From NCBI GenBank assembly GCA_963803435.1, contig CAWDML010000001.1, forward strand, positions 1,056,001 through 1,120,000: a stretch of 64,000 bases of DNA, written 5' to 3'. Positions within the stretch are counted from its first letter, which is position 1; each line of letters opens with the position of its first letter. The position numbers and the translations under genes are program-made. This DNA is from an uncultured delta proteobacterium. Lineage in GTDB: Bacteria > Myxococcota > Kuafuiibacteriia > Kuafuiibacteriales > Kuafuiibacteriaceae. This document shows positions 1-10,038 of this stretch, in pieces. The notes under the pieces are model-generated. The model searched no databases, was not told the origin of the DNA, and saw nothing but the letters and a program-made list of their open reading frames with translations.

Positions 1-2167
1 GGATCGCCCGCGGCGGCGCCGTCTGATCCTGCTGGACAACTTCGAGCAGCTCATGCCGGAGGGCGCGCGAGCGGTACAGCGCTGGCTCGACACTGGAGCG
101 GACACCTCGATCCTCGTCACCTCGCGCCAGCCTCTCGGGCTCTCGCTGGAGGTCCGTCTCGAGCTCTCGCCCCTCGACGAAGAGGCCGGCGCCGCGTTGT
201 TCGAGGCGAAGAGCGCGGCGTTCGCTGTTCCGATGCTCGAGACCGAACGCGCCACCCTTCGCGAGATCGTACGACGCCTCGACGGACTCCCGCTGGCGAT
301 CGAGCTGGCGGCGGCCCGCACTCCGCTCCTTTCTCCCCGGGAGATCCTCGACCGACTGGATGACCGACTGGGGCTCCTGGCGTACGGCCCGCGCGACCTC
401 CCCGCGCGGCAGTCGACGCTGCGCGGCGCGATCGACTGGTCGTGGCAGCTGCTCGACGAAGCGGAGCGCGAGGTCTTCCGGAAGAGCGCCGCGTTCAGGG
501 GGCCTATCACCCTCGCGGCGTTCGAGTCGGTGATCGGCCCCCCAGCCACGCTCGAGGTGCTGCAGGCGCTGAGAGAGAAGTCGTTCTTCCGCCGCTCGGG
601 CCAGCCGGCCCTGCGCCATTTCGAGTCCGTGCGCGAGTACGGCGAAGAGAAGCTGATCGAGTCCGGGCAGGCAGAGGACGTCTTTCGCGATCACGCGCAG
701 TACTTCGTCGATCGGGCGGAGGCCTTCGCAGAGCGCCTCACGGGACCTGAAGGCCGCGCCGCCCAGGACGCGCTGGAGGCGGACCTCGACGATCTGATCG
801 CGGTGCACCAGAGGTTTCGGCGCAGTGACCCTGGGCTCGCGGCGCGCGCGCTCCTGCACGCGCTCTCGCTGGTCGTGCTGCGAGGACCGTACCCGCACCA
901 GCTCGAGATGGTGGATCGGGCGATCGAATGCGCCCGTCGGTCTGGTGACGAGACCCTGATCGGTCGGGCCTATCTGGCGCGCGGCGAGGCCCTGACCCTG
1001 CGGCGCCGCCACGCGGAGGCGTCACGCGCTCTCGAGACTGCGCTCCGGTTCACCGTCGACCCTCGCGACCGCGCCGGCGCGCTCAGGTGGCTCGGGATCA
1101 TCGCCCGCGAGGAGGGCGAATCCGAGGCCGAGCAACATTTCTCCGAAGCGCTGGCGCTCGCGCGGTCGGTGGGAGATCGCGCGCTCGAAGCACGGTGCCT
1201 CAGCCACCTCGGGACGCTCCGCCGCCTCCAGCGTCGCGAGGAGGAGGCGCTCGCTCTATACGGCGCCGCGCTGGAGCTGATGCGGAAGCTCCAGAACGTC
1301 TCCGGTCGGCTCGTGGTGCTCGGGAACATCGGCCACCTTCACCTGTCCGCGGGACGCCTCGAGGAGGCCGCAGCTTCCTATCGCGAGGCGCTCGAGACTC
1401 ACCCGGATCGGTCGGATCGACGCGCGGAGGCGACGCTTCGCCATCACCTCGCCCTCGTCGAGGCCCGACTCGATGGGGTGAGCGCAGCCGGTCGCCTGGC
1501 GCGGCAGGCGCTGGCCGTGTTCGAGGAGCTGGAGGACACGCCGATGCGAGCGATCACGCATGCCGAGCTGGCCGCGATCTCCGCGATGGACTCCGATCTC
1601 GACGGTGCGCGCGCCTGGATGAACCGCGCGCGCGCCTCGCTCCTCGAAGGCGAGGCGTGCCGCTGGGCACCGGTCGTCGAGGCGCTGGCAGCGTTCGTCG
1701 ATCTGGCCGCCGGTGACGTGACCGCTGCGAGAGCTGCCCTCGAGACGGCCCGTCATCGAGCGAGCGCGATCGACATCTGCGCGCACCAGCTCGCCAACGT
1801 GGTGCCGTGGCTCGAACGGGCGCTCGAGGAGCGCACGTGCGCTCGGATTACGATCGCCCCCGATGGGAGCTGGTTCGCCATCGACGACGGGACGCGCGTC
1901 GACCTCTCGCGGCGTCCGGTGCTGGCCCGCGTCGTGTGCTGTCTGCTGGAGGCGAGGCTGCGCGAGCCACAGCGGTTCGTGAGCGCGGACGATCTTCTCG
2001 CGCACGCCTGGGGTGGAGAGAAGATGCGACGCCAGTCGGGTCAGGCGCGCGTCTACACCGCGATCAAGACGCTCCGGAGGATCGGCCTCGAAGCCGTACT
2101 GATCACTCGCGAAGACGGCTATGCCCTCGACCCGAACGTCGCCCTGATCCGGGCTGAGATCGCCTGA
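1..2167 (+). CDS. STAND/NB-ARC-type ATPase with TPR repeats and C-terminal winged-helix DNA-binding domain (5'-partial)
   Basis: Frame open from base 2 (LILLDNFEQL Walker B), ILVTSRQPL, RLDGLPLAIELAAAR, RQSTLRGAIDWSW; TPR-like helices; C-terminal VYTAIKTLRRIGL...GYAL wHTH. Confidence 0.85.
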   Translation, partial: DRPRRRRLILLDNFEQLMPEGARAVQRWLDTGADTSILVTSRQPLGLSLEVRLELSPLDEEAGAALFEAKSAAFAVPMLETERATLREIVRRLDGLPLAIELAAARTPLLSPREILDRLDDRLGLLAYGPRDLPARQSTLRGAIDWSWQLLDEAEREVFRKSAAFRGPITLAAFESVIGPPATLEVLQALREKSFFRRSGQPALRHFESVREYGEEKLIESGQAEDVFRDHAQYFVDRAEAFAERLTGPEGRAAQDALEADLDDLIAVHQRFRRSDPGLAARALLHALSLVVLRGPYPHQLEMVDRAIECARRSGDETLIGRAYLARGEALTLRRRHAEASRALETALRFTVDPRDRAGALRWLGIIAREEGESEAEQHFSEALALARSVGDRALEARCLSHLGTLRRLQRREEEALALYGAALELMRKLQNVSGRLVVLGNIGHLHLSAGRLEEAAASYREALETHPDRSDRRAEATLRHHLALVEARLDGVSAAGRLARQALAVFEELEDTPMRAITHAELAAISAMDSDLDGARAWMNRARASLLEGEACRWAPVVEALAAFVDLAAGDVTAARAALETARHRASAIDICAHQLANVVPWLERALEERTCARITIAPDGSWFAIDDGTRVDLSRRPVLARVVCCLLEARLREPQRFVSADDLLAHAWGGEKMRRQSGQARVYTAIKTLRRIGLEAVLITREDGYALDPNVALIRAEIA

Positions 2168-2233
2168 GATCTCGCCCGCCCCGATTGCTCGACCTCGGCT
2201 GCAGCTCGTATCCCGGGCGGCGGAGGAATCGAG

Positions 2234-3403
2234 ATGAGACGACCACTCTGGCTGTTGTGTGTGTTCCTGTTCTTCGGGTGCGGCGGCGAAGAGCCGCGGT
2301 CCACGTCCTCTTCAGAGCTCCGCGGGGTCCGGAACGACGCGATTCGTGAGGCGAGCGCGGAGTACGACCTGCCGGAGGCGTTGCTCATGGCCCTCGGCTA
2401 TCAGCAGGGGCGGTTCGAGCCCGCACCCTCCCCGCTCAGCGTGCCGGAGGGGGAGGAGGAGCCGCAGCTCGAGCCGCCGGACGATCCGACGGAGCCCCAG
2501 CCACCGATCGAAGCGGACGGGGCGGAGTACGACCTGATGGAGGACGCGAGGCCCGAGGAGGCGCCGGAGGAGTGGAAGCCGGATCCCTCCGAGCCGGCCG
2601 ACACCGCCTCCGCGGAGCTCGAGCAGGTGGCTTACGGCATCATGTTCCTCACGCCGGAGCAGGTCCGCCTCGGTGCCGAGCTCACCGGGTGGAGCGAACC
2701 GGCCATCCAGACCGAGATCGAAGCGAACATCGACGCGGCCGCGGCGATCCTCCTCGACATGTGGCAGCACCCCGGCGGTGACCTCGAGCCGCGATCCGAC
2801 GAGGCGCTCGACGCGGCGTTGGTTCGCTTCGTCGGCTTCAGCGACCTGGAGGACGACGCCGCACAGCTGGTGCTGGAGGATCTGCAGAGAGTACTGGAGT
2901 CCGGCTTCGATCTGACGACGGAAGACGGCGAGCGCTTGAGGCTCGAGGGATCGAACCCGCAGTCCCGCCAGAGCCTCGCCGCCGGCGACTATCCGCCCGT
3001 CTCATTCATCTCGAGCCCGAACCAGAGCAGCCGCAACGGCGCTGCCATTCACTTCGTCATCATCCACGACATCGAGGGTACGCGGCCTGGTGCGATCAGC
3101 GCGTTCCGCTCCACGAGCCGCCAGGCGTCGGCGCACTACTTCACGGCCGCCGGGAGCGGCACCGTGGTGCAGATGGTGTCGGAGTCGCGAACGGCCTGGC
3201 ACTGCGGCAACGGCTACTACAACGCGACGTCGATCGGGATCGAGCACGAGGGCTTCGCGGATCGTCCGAATGGGGGCGGCTACTACAGCCAACAGTACGC
3301 GATCTCGACCTGCTCACCCATGGGACCCGGTACGAAGAGCAGGGCCATCGACACCCCGACGACTCGATGGAGGAACAACGACTACGCCTTCACACGAGGC
3401 TGA
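2234..3403 (+). CDS. Lipoprotein N-acetylmuramoyl-L-alanine amidase (Amidase_2/AmpD-like) with N-terminal SLT-like region; C-terminus probably truncated
   Basis: Lipobox FFGC; VIIHDIEG, ASAHYF, TAWHCGN, SIGIEHEG motifs; similarity ends after GGGYYSQQY. Confidence 0.75.
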   Translation: MRRPLWLLCVFLFFGCGGEEPRSTSSSELRGVRNDAIREASAEYDLPEALLMALGYQQGRFEPAPSPLSVPEGEEEPQLEPPDDPTEPQPPIEADGAEYDLMEDARPEEAPEEWKPDPSEPADTASAELEQVAYGIMFLTPEQVRLGAELTGWSEPAIQTEIEANIDAAAAILLDMWQHPGGDLEPRSDEALDAALVRFVGFSDLEDDAAQLVLEDLQRVLESGFDLTTEDGERLRLEGSNPQSRQSLAAGDYPPVSFISSPNQSSRNGAAIHFVIIHDIEGTRPGAISAFRSTSRQASAHYFTAAGSGTVVQMVSESRTAWHCGNGYYNATSIGIEHEGFADRPNGGGYYSQQYAISTCSPMGPGTKSRAIDTPTTRWRNNDYAFTRG

Positions 3404-3749
3404 TCGAGGCGATGGGATACCGCGTGACCCTTGAACCTCGAACCGCGTAACCCGCGGTAACATCCAGCGCTGAATTCCTGAGCTCCGCGCTCCGAGCGCA
3501 CTCCTCTGCCTACTGCCACCGGATGCTTTCGTGGGACGTCCAAGCGGATCTGAGCTCCGTCTCCGCGCCGTAGCGGGTGTCGAGTTGTCGCTGGGTCGAC
3601 CAACCTTGGAGGTCGGGCTCCCGCGAGCGAGGCGTCGAAGCCGGGAGGTGCCCCAGCCGATAGGGCGGGCCGACCAGCGACGGGCGCACGCCTCCCGGCG
3701 ACGGTGGTGGTCGTCGTTGAACGGATGGGCGCTGACCGCGAGGTTTGCT

Positions 3750-4400
3750 ACGCCATCGCGAGCAGCAACCCGAGCCGGGCCGGAGCGCTCGCGATACGGA
3801 ACGGCTTGGGCGGGGATGAGGGATCGATCCCCGAACCATACGCGCTGCACGCCTACCCGGCCGGCGGGGACGACCGCGGGACGAAGCTCGGCGGCCGGTG
3901 CCAATACGCCGGAGTATCGGATCTGATCTCGCGGCATTCACCCCATCCTGGGGATCGCACGAGCCAGGCGAGGCGGCGCATCAAGGCCAGCGGGTGAAGC
4001 TCGATGGATCGCTGACCCGATCGGGTTGGGCTCCGGAACGTGAGACGGACGCGCTCCTCCTCGATCAGCTCGAGTTGCTCTTCAGCAACAGGAGGGCGCA
4101 TCACGTACCGGCACCAGCGCTCTCGGCCCGCGTTGTCCTCTGGCTGTCCACCAGTCGTCGTCGTCGGCCTTGCCTTCGGTGGCTCGTCTTCGAGGAAGCC
4201 GTGCCGCTTCAGCCGTCGCGTGAAACGCTGCTCGACGCCGTCTTCGAGCTCACGAAGGGGCTCGGTCCGGGCGGCTCGTCCTCCACGAACTCGAGCGTTC
4301 CGTCGTCGCGCGCGACGTAGCCGCCGTCCAGCACCAGAACGTGAAGGTGTGGATAGACCGTGAGCGCCTTGTTGAAGCGCTGAAAGACCCGCGAAGGCTT
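3750..4400 (-). mobile_element. IS91-family (Y2/HUH) transposase remnant, frameshifted and deleted
   Basis: Minus-strand pieces in different frames: QRFNKALTVYPHLHVLVLDGGY (HUH), RERWCRYVMRPPVAEEQL, HPLALMRRLAWLV, QIRYSGVLAPAA; boundaries approximate. Confidence 0.75.
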
Positions 4401-4432
4401 GGTTCGTGTCCCAGACCGACGACGACACCAGC

Positions 4433-4936
4433 TCAGTGGGGCAGGTACGGCTGAAGCAGCGTCCAGTCGATGTCGCGCTCACGATCGAGGGGGTCCGGGA
4501 GCATGCTCGTCTTTCAATCGGGATCCAGGAGCTGAAGCATCCCCACGTAAGCTCGACGGATGACGGACGGCGCGGGATCGGCCTGCACCGCGCGGGCGAG
4601 AGCTCGGAGGATCGAGTCGCGGCTCTCGCCGGTGTAGCGGGCGTAGCCGGCGAGGGCGAAGGCGGCCGTTCCGCGCGCGGACTCCTCTGGGTCACCGGCG
4701 AGCATCGCGAAGGCCTTGGGCAGGTACGCCTCTAGGCCCCAGAACATGACCAGCGCCGAGATGGCCTGGGCTCGAAGGCCCTCCCATTCGTGGTCGAGGA
4801 GGCGGGCGACGTCCGCTTCGAGGTGGCGGAGATCGTCCGCTGCGACGTTGCGGACCGCAGCGGCGCGCGGGCCCCAGGGCGCGGCGTCGTCCTGGAGGAG
4901 TCGTTCGTCTTCGGGCGTGGACTTTCGCTGTGACAT
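4433..4936 (-). CDS. HEAT-repeat protein, putative immunity protein of the upstream toxin (in-frame TGA at 4514-4516)
   Basis: ATG 4936-4934 overlaps the toxin stop; HEAT-like LRAQAISAL, ARGTAAFALA, VIRRAYVGM; 26 further protein-like codons follow the TGA. Confidence 0.7.
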
Positions 4937-6492
4937 CACCGGATCTCCAGGAAGGCGCCGACGCGGCGGATGAAGTCGGAGATCGCATCGATGTCTTTCG
5001 AGAGTCCAGCGATCTCGTCGACAGGACGGCGGGCGAGGTCTCGAGTGAGCGATCCTCTCGCGTCTTCGAGGGAGTTGAGCGCGTCGCTGGCCTCCTGGAG
5101 GTGCTGCCACGCCCGGCCGTCGCCCGATCTTCGGACCGGGATCCCGAGCTGGTCTCGCAGCGCCCCAATCATCTCCTCCGGCTTCAGGTTGTTCTCGAGG
5201 GCCCTCCGCGCGCTCTCGAGCGCCGCTCGAGCACGCTGCGAGAGCCGCGGATCCTCCAGCAGCCGATCGAACCGCTGCAGCATTCGCTTCCGCTCGGCCG
5301 CCAGCTTCGGCAGCTCACGCCTCGCCTGCGTCGCGCCGTCCTCGGAGAGCCGGCGTCCGGCACGCTTCAGCGCGGCCTTGGTGGTGTCGCTCAGCTCGAC
5401 CGTATCGAGGAGCTCCGCGGCCGCCCCCGGCCCCAGCACGAACGCACCGCCGAGCGCGCCTCCTGCGGCTGCGACGTCCGCGAGTTCGAGGTTCCAGCGC
5501 AGCTCGAGGACCACCTCGAGCGAGAGGCAGCGGACCGTCCCGCTGATCCGTGCGCCGGCGGCTGCGCTCCGGATGGCGGTCGTGGCCGAAGATCCGGCGC
5601 TATTCAGCGACAAGAGCGTGGTCGCGATCTGGCTGATGACCCGCAGCTGATCTCCGCCGGGCATCGCGCGGAAGCGCTCCCAGAGCTCCGGGCTGTTCAC
5701 CATGATCTGGGTGATGGCGGACGGAAGCTGGGCGAGGTCCCTGAACGCTCGCACCGGATCGTGGATGAGACCGCCCACGCCCATCGCGAAGGCGACGAGC
5801 GTGTCCTCCGCGCCGTCGAGGACCTGATTGACCGCGTCGTGCTCGAGCGCGAGCTCGTGGACGATGCCCTTCAAAGGATCGATCTCGAGCGACTCGTCAA
5901 GCTCTCGGAGACAGCCGCAATCCGACGCGTAGAACCTCCCGACGTCGAGCCGGCCGGCCTTGAGCCGATCGTCCTCGAGCTTCACTTCCCCGGCCTTCTC
6001 GACCGCCTTTCCCGAGATCGCCCAGGCGAGATAGCCGTCCGGCCGGACGATCATCAGTCGCTCGTGCATGCCGATCAGCTTCTGTACGTCTTCGCCTGTG
6101 GCGGGACGCTCTCCGCCTGCGATGCGCCCGAGCACGCTGAGCGTCGTGGCCCGCGGGCCGAACGCAGCGAGCGATACAGGCCCGCTCAGCAAGTGGAGCG
6201 CCATCGCGGCGGCCTCTTCGGGTGACGCGCCGGAAAGCACCAGCCGAGCGGCGTCGCCCTCAGACAGCCCTGCGCGAACCAGCGTGCGCGCGAACGGGCG
6301 GAGCTCATCCGGTAGCTCCTCGATCGGCGACGCGAGCGCGGATTGATCGACTGCCACGTCCGACGTCCGCGTGAAGGCATTGACCAGATGCGGCTCGGAG
6401 AAGTCCGGGTCGAAGGGCTCAGCCTCCAAGTCTTGGGCGCGAGCCGGAGGTGGGTACGCCGCCGCTGCGATCGCGTCGATGCGGGTGGACAC
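4936..6492 (-). CDS. Polymorphic toxin with C-terminal Ntox28-like RNase domain
   Basis: C-terminal IGALRDQLGIPVRRSGDGRAWQHLQEASDALNSL matches the Ntox28 G-x-L-x-D..G.PV..W-x-H-x-x-E pattern; followed by a coupled small gene. Confidence 0.72.
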   Translation of the reverse strand: MSTRIDAIAAAAYPPPARAQDLEAEPFDPDFSEPHLVNAFTRTSDVAVDQSALASPIEELPDELRPFARTLVRAGLSEGDAARLVLSGASPEEAAAMALHLLSGPVSLAAFGPRATTLSVLGRIAGGERPATGEDVQKLIGMHERLMIVRPDGYLAWAISGKAVEKAGEVKLEDDRLKAGRLDVGRFYASDCGCLRELDESLEIDPLKGIVHELALEHDAVNQVLDGAEDTLVAFAMGVGGLIHDPVRAFRDLAQLPSAITQIMVNSPELWERFRAMPGGDQLRVISQIATTLLSLNSAGSSATTAIRSAAAGARISGTVRCLSLEVVLELRWNLELADVAAAGGALGGAFVLGPGAAAELLDTVELSDTTKAALKRAGRRLSEDGATQARRELPKLAAERKRMLQRFDRLLEDPRLSQRARAALESARRALENNLKPEEMIGALRDQLGIPVRRSGDGRAWQHLQEASDALNSLEDARGSLTRDLARRPVDEIAGLSKDIDAISDFIRRVGAFLEIR

Positions 6493-7339
6493 ACGGAGTG
6501 GTTCAGCATCTCACGTGCCATGTGGAGGTGGTTCGCAGGCCGCGCATTCGTCCGGGCCTCGTCCGGCCGCACCTGACATCGACCGGACGAATCCGGACGA
6601 TCGGGCGCGCGTGTGATCGACCATCGGCGGAGCGACGCACCGTCATGCATGCGGGTCGATCTCGTGATCGCATCGGATCGCCATGACCCCCTGTGATCGC
6701 CGTCCGCAACGACTTCGACCTTGCGACCGCGCGACCCGTCGTGGGATGGGCCCTCATGCTCCGGTCACTGGCCTTCCTCGCCGTCGCCTCGGATGCACCT
6801 GTGGCTACTCTCGGGACCAGCTCTGCACCACCGAGGGCACCGCGCGCGCGCGAGCCCGGTGAGCTCGCCGCCCCCTCCGCACGGATGATCCACCCGATGC
6901 GGCTCGATCCGAACCAGACCGGCGTCCTGCTGCTGTGGCCCGAGGCCGCGGAGGCGCGCGAGTCGATCGAGGGGCTGTACCCGTCGCGGATCGATCCCGG
7001 CTGCGATCTACGCACTCGCCAGCCGCCGCTCGAACGCGCTGCGGCTGCTTGAGCGCCAGGCGCAGATACATCCGCGCAACAAGGCGCTGATACGTCTTCA
7101 GCGCGCCTACGAGTGACGGCCTCCACGACCTCGTACTCCTGGTCGGCGGTCCCGACCAGCGAGAGTCGCTCGATGCCACGCCCGACGCCGAAGCGCCGGA
7201 CACCCTTTACGCCGACGCTCCGCCGACCCGATCCACGGCCGTGAGCGACCGCCAGCCGGAGCCGCGTCGATCGGTGATCGCAGCGCCCTTCGTTCCGTCC
7301 GGTGAAGTGAACCACCACGCGATCGGTTGGGTGGTCAGC

Positions 7340-7644
7340 GCGGGACGCCTTCCCGCTGGGATCGTTTCCTCGAGGGGCTGAAGCCCTTCTCGGACATCGG
7401 CTGCGTCCAGTGCCACACCGGCGCATACCTCGGCGGATCACGGAGCGTACGAGGTCACGCAGCTCAAGGTGCCGAGCCTTGGCAACATCGCGATGACGGC
7501 GCCCTATTCGCACGACGGCTCGTGAGCACGCTCTCGGAGGCGGTTCAGATGATGGCCAAGCACCAGATCGGCGTGGAGCTCACGGCGGACGAGACGACCT
7601 CGATCGTCGTCTGGCTCGGCTGTCTCAGGAGGCACGCTTCCTGA
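7340..7644 (+). pseudogene. Di-heme cytochrome c peroxidase C-terminal remnant
   Basis: GCVQCHTGAYLGG; frameshifted KVPSLGNIAMTAPYSHDGS; TLSEAVQMMAKHQIGVELT; N-terminal half absent. Confidence 0.7.
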
Positions 7645-7709
7645 CGCTGGGTGAAAGCCCGCTCGCTCGAGCCCCGCAACTTCTCGACCGACCCCGGGTT
7701 CCAGCTGGG

Positions 7710-8775
7710 GTGAGACCTTGGCTCATCCTGGCGATCTCGGCGCTCCTGAGCTGCTCCGCGCCCGCGCGCTCGCGTCCGGACGCAAGCGAACCTGACGACG
7801 CGGCAGCCGCCGACACCGGAGCGCCTTCGCAGGACGCCGGTGCGCCCCAGGACGCCGGTGCACCGCAGGACGGAGGTGCGCCGCAGGACGCCGGTCTCAC
7901 GCCCTGCCCCACCTCCGGACCCGGAGCGATCGCGGCGTCCGGCGGCTGCGTCGTCTTCACGGCGATCGAGGCCGGCGCTGGACGCGCCGGCGCCAACGCG
8001 AGCGACCTCGAGTACGCGCTCGAGCCGGCCGCAGCCCCTGCGGGCGGGCTCGTGGTGTTTCTCAACGCCAGCCTCTCCGACCCCGGTCGCCAGATTGCGG
8101 AATCCGACGCGCAACTTCTACAACGCCGCAGCCCAGGTCGGCCTGCACGTGCTCGCCCTCGCTTACGAGAGCTCGCTGGTCGTCGGTGTCACCTGCTCCA
8201 ACGATGGACCGTGCTTCGAGCTCGTGCGCAGGAGCATCGTCGAGGGCGTCCCCGCGCCCGGTGCACCGCCGGCGGTCGCGAGCATCGAGCTCGACGAGGG
8301 TGTGATCGGCCGCCTCGACTCGGCGCTGCGACTCCTGGCGACCGCGCGCCCAGGGCTCGGCTGGGAGCAGTTCTTCGCCGATCCAGCGGCCGCCACGCCG
8401 GAGACGCGCATCGACTGGTCGAAGCTGATCGCAGCCGGCCACTCTCAGGGGGGCGGCCACGCCGCGTTCCTCGGCAAGCTCTATCCGCTGCGCCGGGTCG
8501 TTCAGCTCTCCTCCACCTGCGACGCAGTCGCGGGCGCTCCGGCACCCTGGACCATGGCGGACGCCTCGTGGGCCACCTCGCCCGCGTCGAGCTACGTCGG
8601 CTTCGCCACGGCCGGCGACGCAATCTGTCCCGATCACGTCTTGGTCTGGCAGGCGATGGGGCTCGATCCGACGCGCGAGCTCGACGACGCAGACACCTGC
8701 GGTCGCGCAGCGCACGGAGGCTCGATCCTCTGTCCGGACAACTATGAACGGTGGCGGGCGCTGTTCGCCGACTGA
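7710..8775 (+). CDS. Lipoprotein alpha/beta hydrolase (BPSS1187-like), frameshift near 8098
   Basis: Lipobox LLSC in frame 7710; IDWSKLIAAGHSQGGGHAAFLG nucleophile elbow in frame 7840-8775. Confidence 0.7.
7830..7895 (+). repeat. 18-bp coding tandem repeat (QDAGAP, about 3.5 copies), myxobacterial DAG linker
   Basis: caggacgccggtgcgccc / caggacgccggtgcaccg / caggacggaggtgcgccg / caggacgccggt. Confidence 0.8.
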
Positions 8776-8860
8776 GCGCCTGCGCGGAGGAGCGCCGTGC
8801 GACGATATGACGCACGAGGCGAGCCTTGAGACGATCGCCCGTAGAGCGTAGCCGATCGAT

Positions 8861-10018
8861 ATGCGTCTTCGCGGCTTGCTCCTGGTCCTCGCGCTCGGTG
8901 GATGCGGCGGCGTCGAGACACCTACCGACGACTCGGACCCCGAGCTCCGCGCGCTCCTCGGGATCCCGGACCAGCTGCAGCTCCCCGCGATCCCGGAGTT
9001 CAACATGCCGACGGCCGAGAAGATCCGCCTCGGCCGGTTCCTCTTCTACGAGAAGCAGCTCTCCTACAACCAGATGGCCTCATGCAGCACTTGCCACATC
9101 CAGGAGCTCGCCTTTAGCGACGGCAAGGTCACCCCGGAGGGATCGATGGGCGATCGGCTGGTACGCAACAGCCCCGGGCTCAGCAACGTCGCCTATTACT
9201 CCACGCTGACCTGGAGCAACGACGGCTTCGAGAACCTCGAGGACCAGCTGCGCGTTCCGATCACGGGCGACAGCCCGATCGAGCTCGGCGTCACCGACGG
9301 CGTTCGCACCGAGGTGCTCGCGCGCTTCGACGCCGATCCCGACTACGCGCAGATGTTCGCCGACGCGTTCCCGGATAGCGAGAGCGGCGTGACCCTCAAC
9401 AAGGTCATCTTCGCGCTCGCCAGCTTCGTGCGGACCATCGTCACTGCGAACAGCCCTTACGACCGCTATGTCGCCGGCGACAAGACAGCGCTGACGGAGT
9501 CGCAGATCCGCGGCCTGCGCCTGTTCAACGGCGAGCGCTTCGAATGCTTTCACTGCCACAACGGCGTCAACTTCAGCGTCTCCTACCGCGACCGCAACAC
9601 GGACACTGGCTCCGAGCGGTTCCCGTTTTTCAACACGGGCCTCTACAACGTGGACGGCGAGGGCAGCTACCCTGATCGGGATCAGGGGCTCTTCGAGCTC
9701 ACGCTCGATCCGGCGGACCGCGGCCGGTTCCGCCCGCAGGGGCTCCGCAACGTCGCCCTGACCGCGCCGTACATGCACGACGGAAGCATCGCGACCCTCC
9801 GCGAGGTGGTGGCGGACCACTACGCTCGGGGCGGGCGGCTGATCGAGTCGGGGCCGGACGCTGGGGACGGTCGGCTCAGCCCGCTCAAGTCCGGTCTGGT
9901 CCGCCCGTTCCCCGTGACGGATCAAGATGTGGACGACATGGTCTCGTTCCTCGAGTCGCTGACCGACGAGGACCTACTCACCAACCCAGAGTTCTCCGAT
10001 CCGTTCGCTTCGCCGTGA
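8861..10018 (+). CDS. mbnH: MbnH-family di-heme enzyme (bCcP/MauG superfamily)
   Basis: Lipobox LGGC; CSTCH and CFHCH heme motifs; LGRFLFYE, RNSPGLSNVAY, FFNTGLYNVDG, LRNVALTAPYMHDGS, HYARGGR; adjacent mbnP-like gene. Confidence 0.85.
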   Translation: MRLRGLLLVLALGGCGGVETPTDDSDPELRALLGIPDQLQLPAIPEFNMPTAEKIRLGRFLFYEKQLSYNQMASCSTCHIQELAFSDGKVTPEGSMGDRLVRNSPGLSNVAYYSTLTWSNDGFENLEDQLRVPITGDSPIELGVTDGVRTEVLARFDADPDYAQMFADAFPDSESGVTLNKVIFALASFVRTIVTANSPYDRYVAGDKTALTESQIRGLRLFNGERFECFHCHNGVNFSVSYRDRNTDTGSERFPFFNTGLYNVDGEGSYPDRDQGLFELTLDPADRGRFRPQGLRNVALTAPYMHDGSIATLREVVADHYARGGRLIESGPDAGDGRLSPLKSGLVRPFPVTDQDVDDMVSFLESLTDEDLLTNPEFSDPFASP

Positions 10019-10038
10019 CGCGAACCCGGCTCGCTCAC

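Noticed and set aside
4514-4516. Selenocysteine recoding of the TGA
   Set aside because: Not a redox-motif context and no SECIS hairpin was recognised
6500-7330. Several overlapping ORFs between the toxin and the peroxidase remnant
   Set aside because: No consistent frame or recognisable motif; probably degraded sequence
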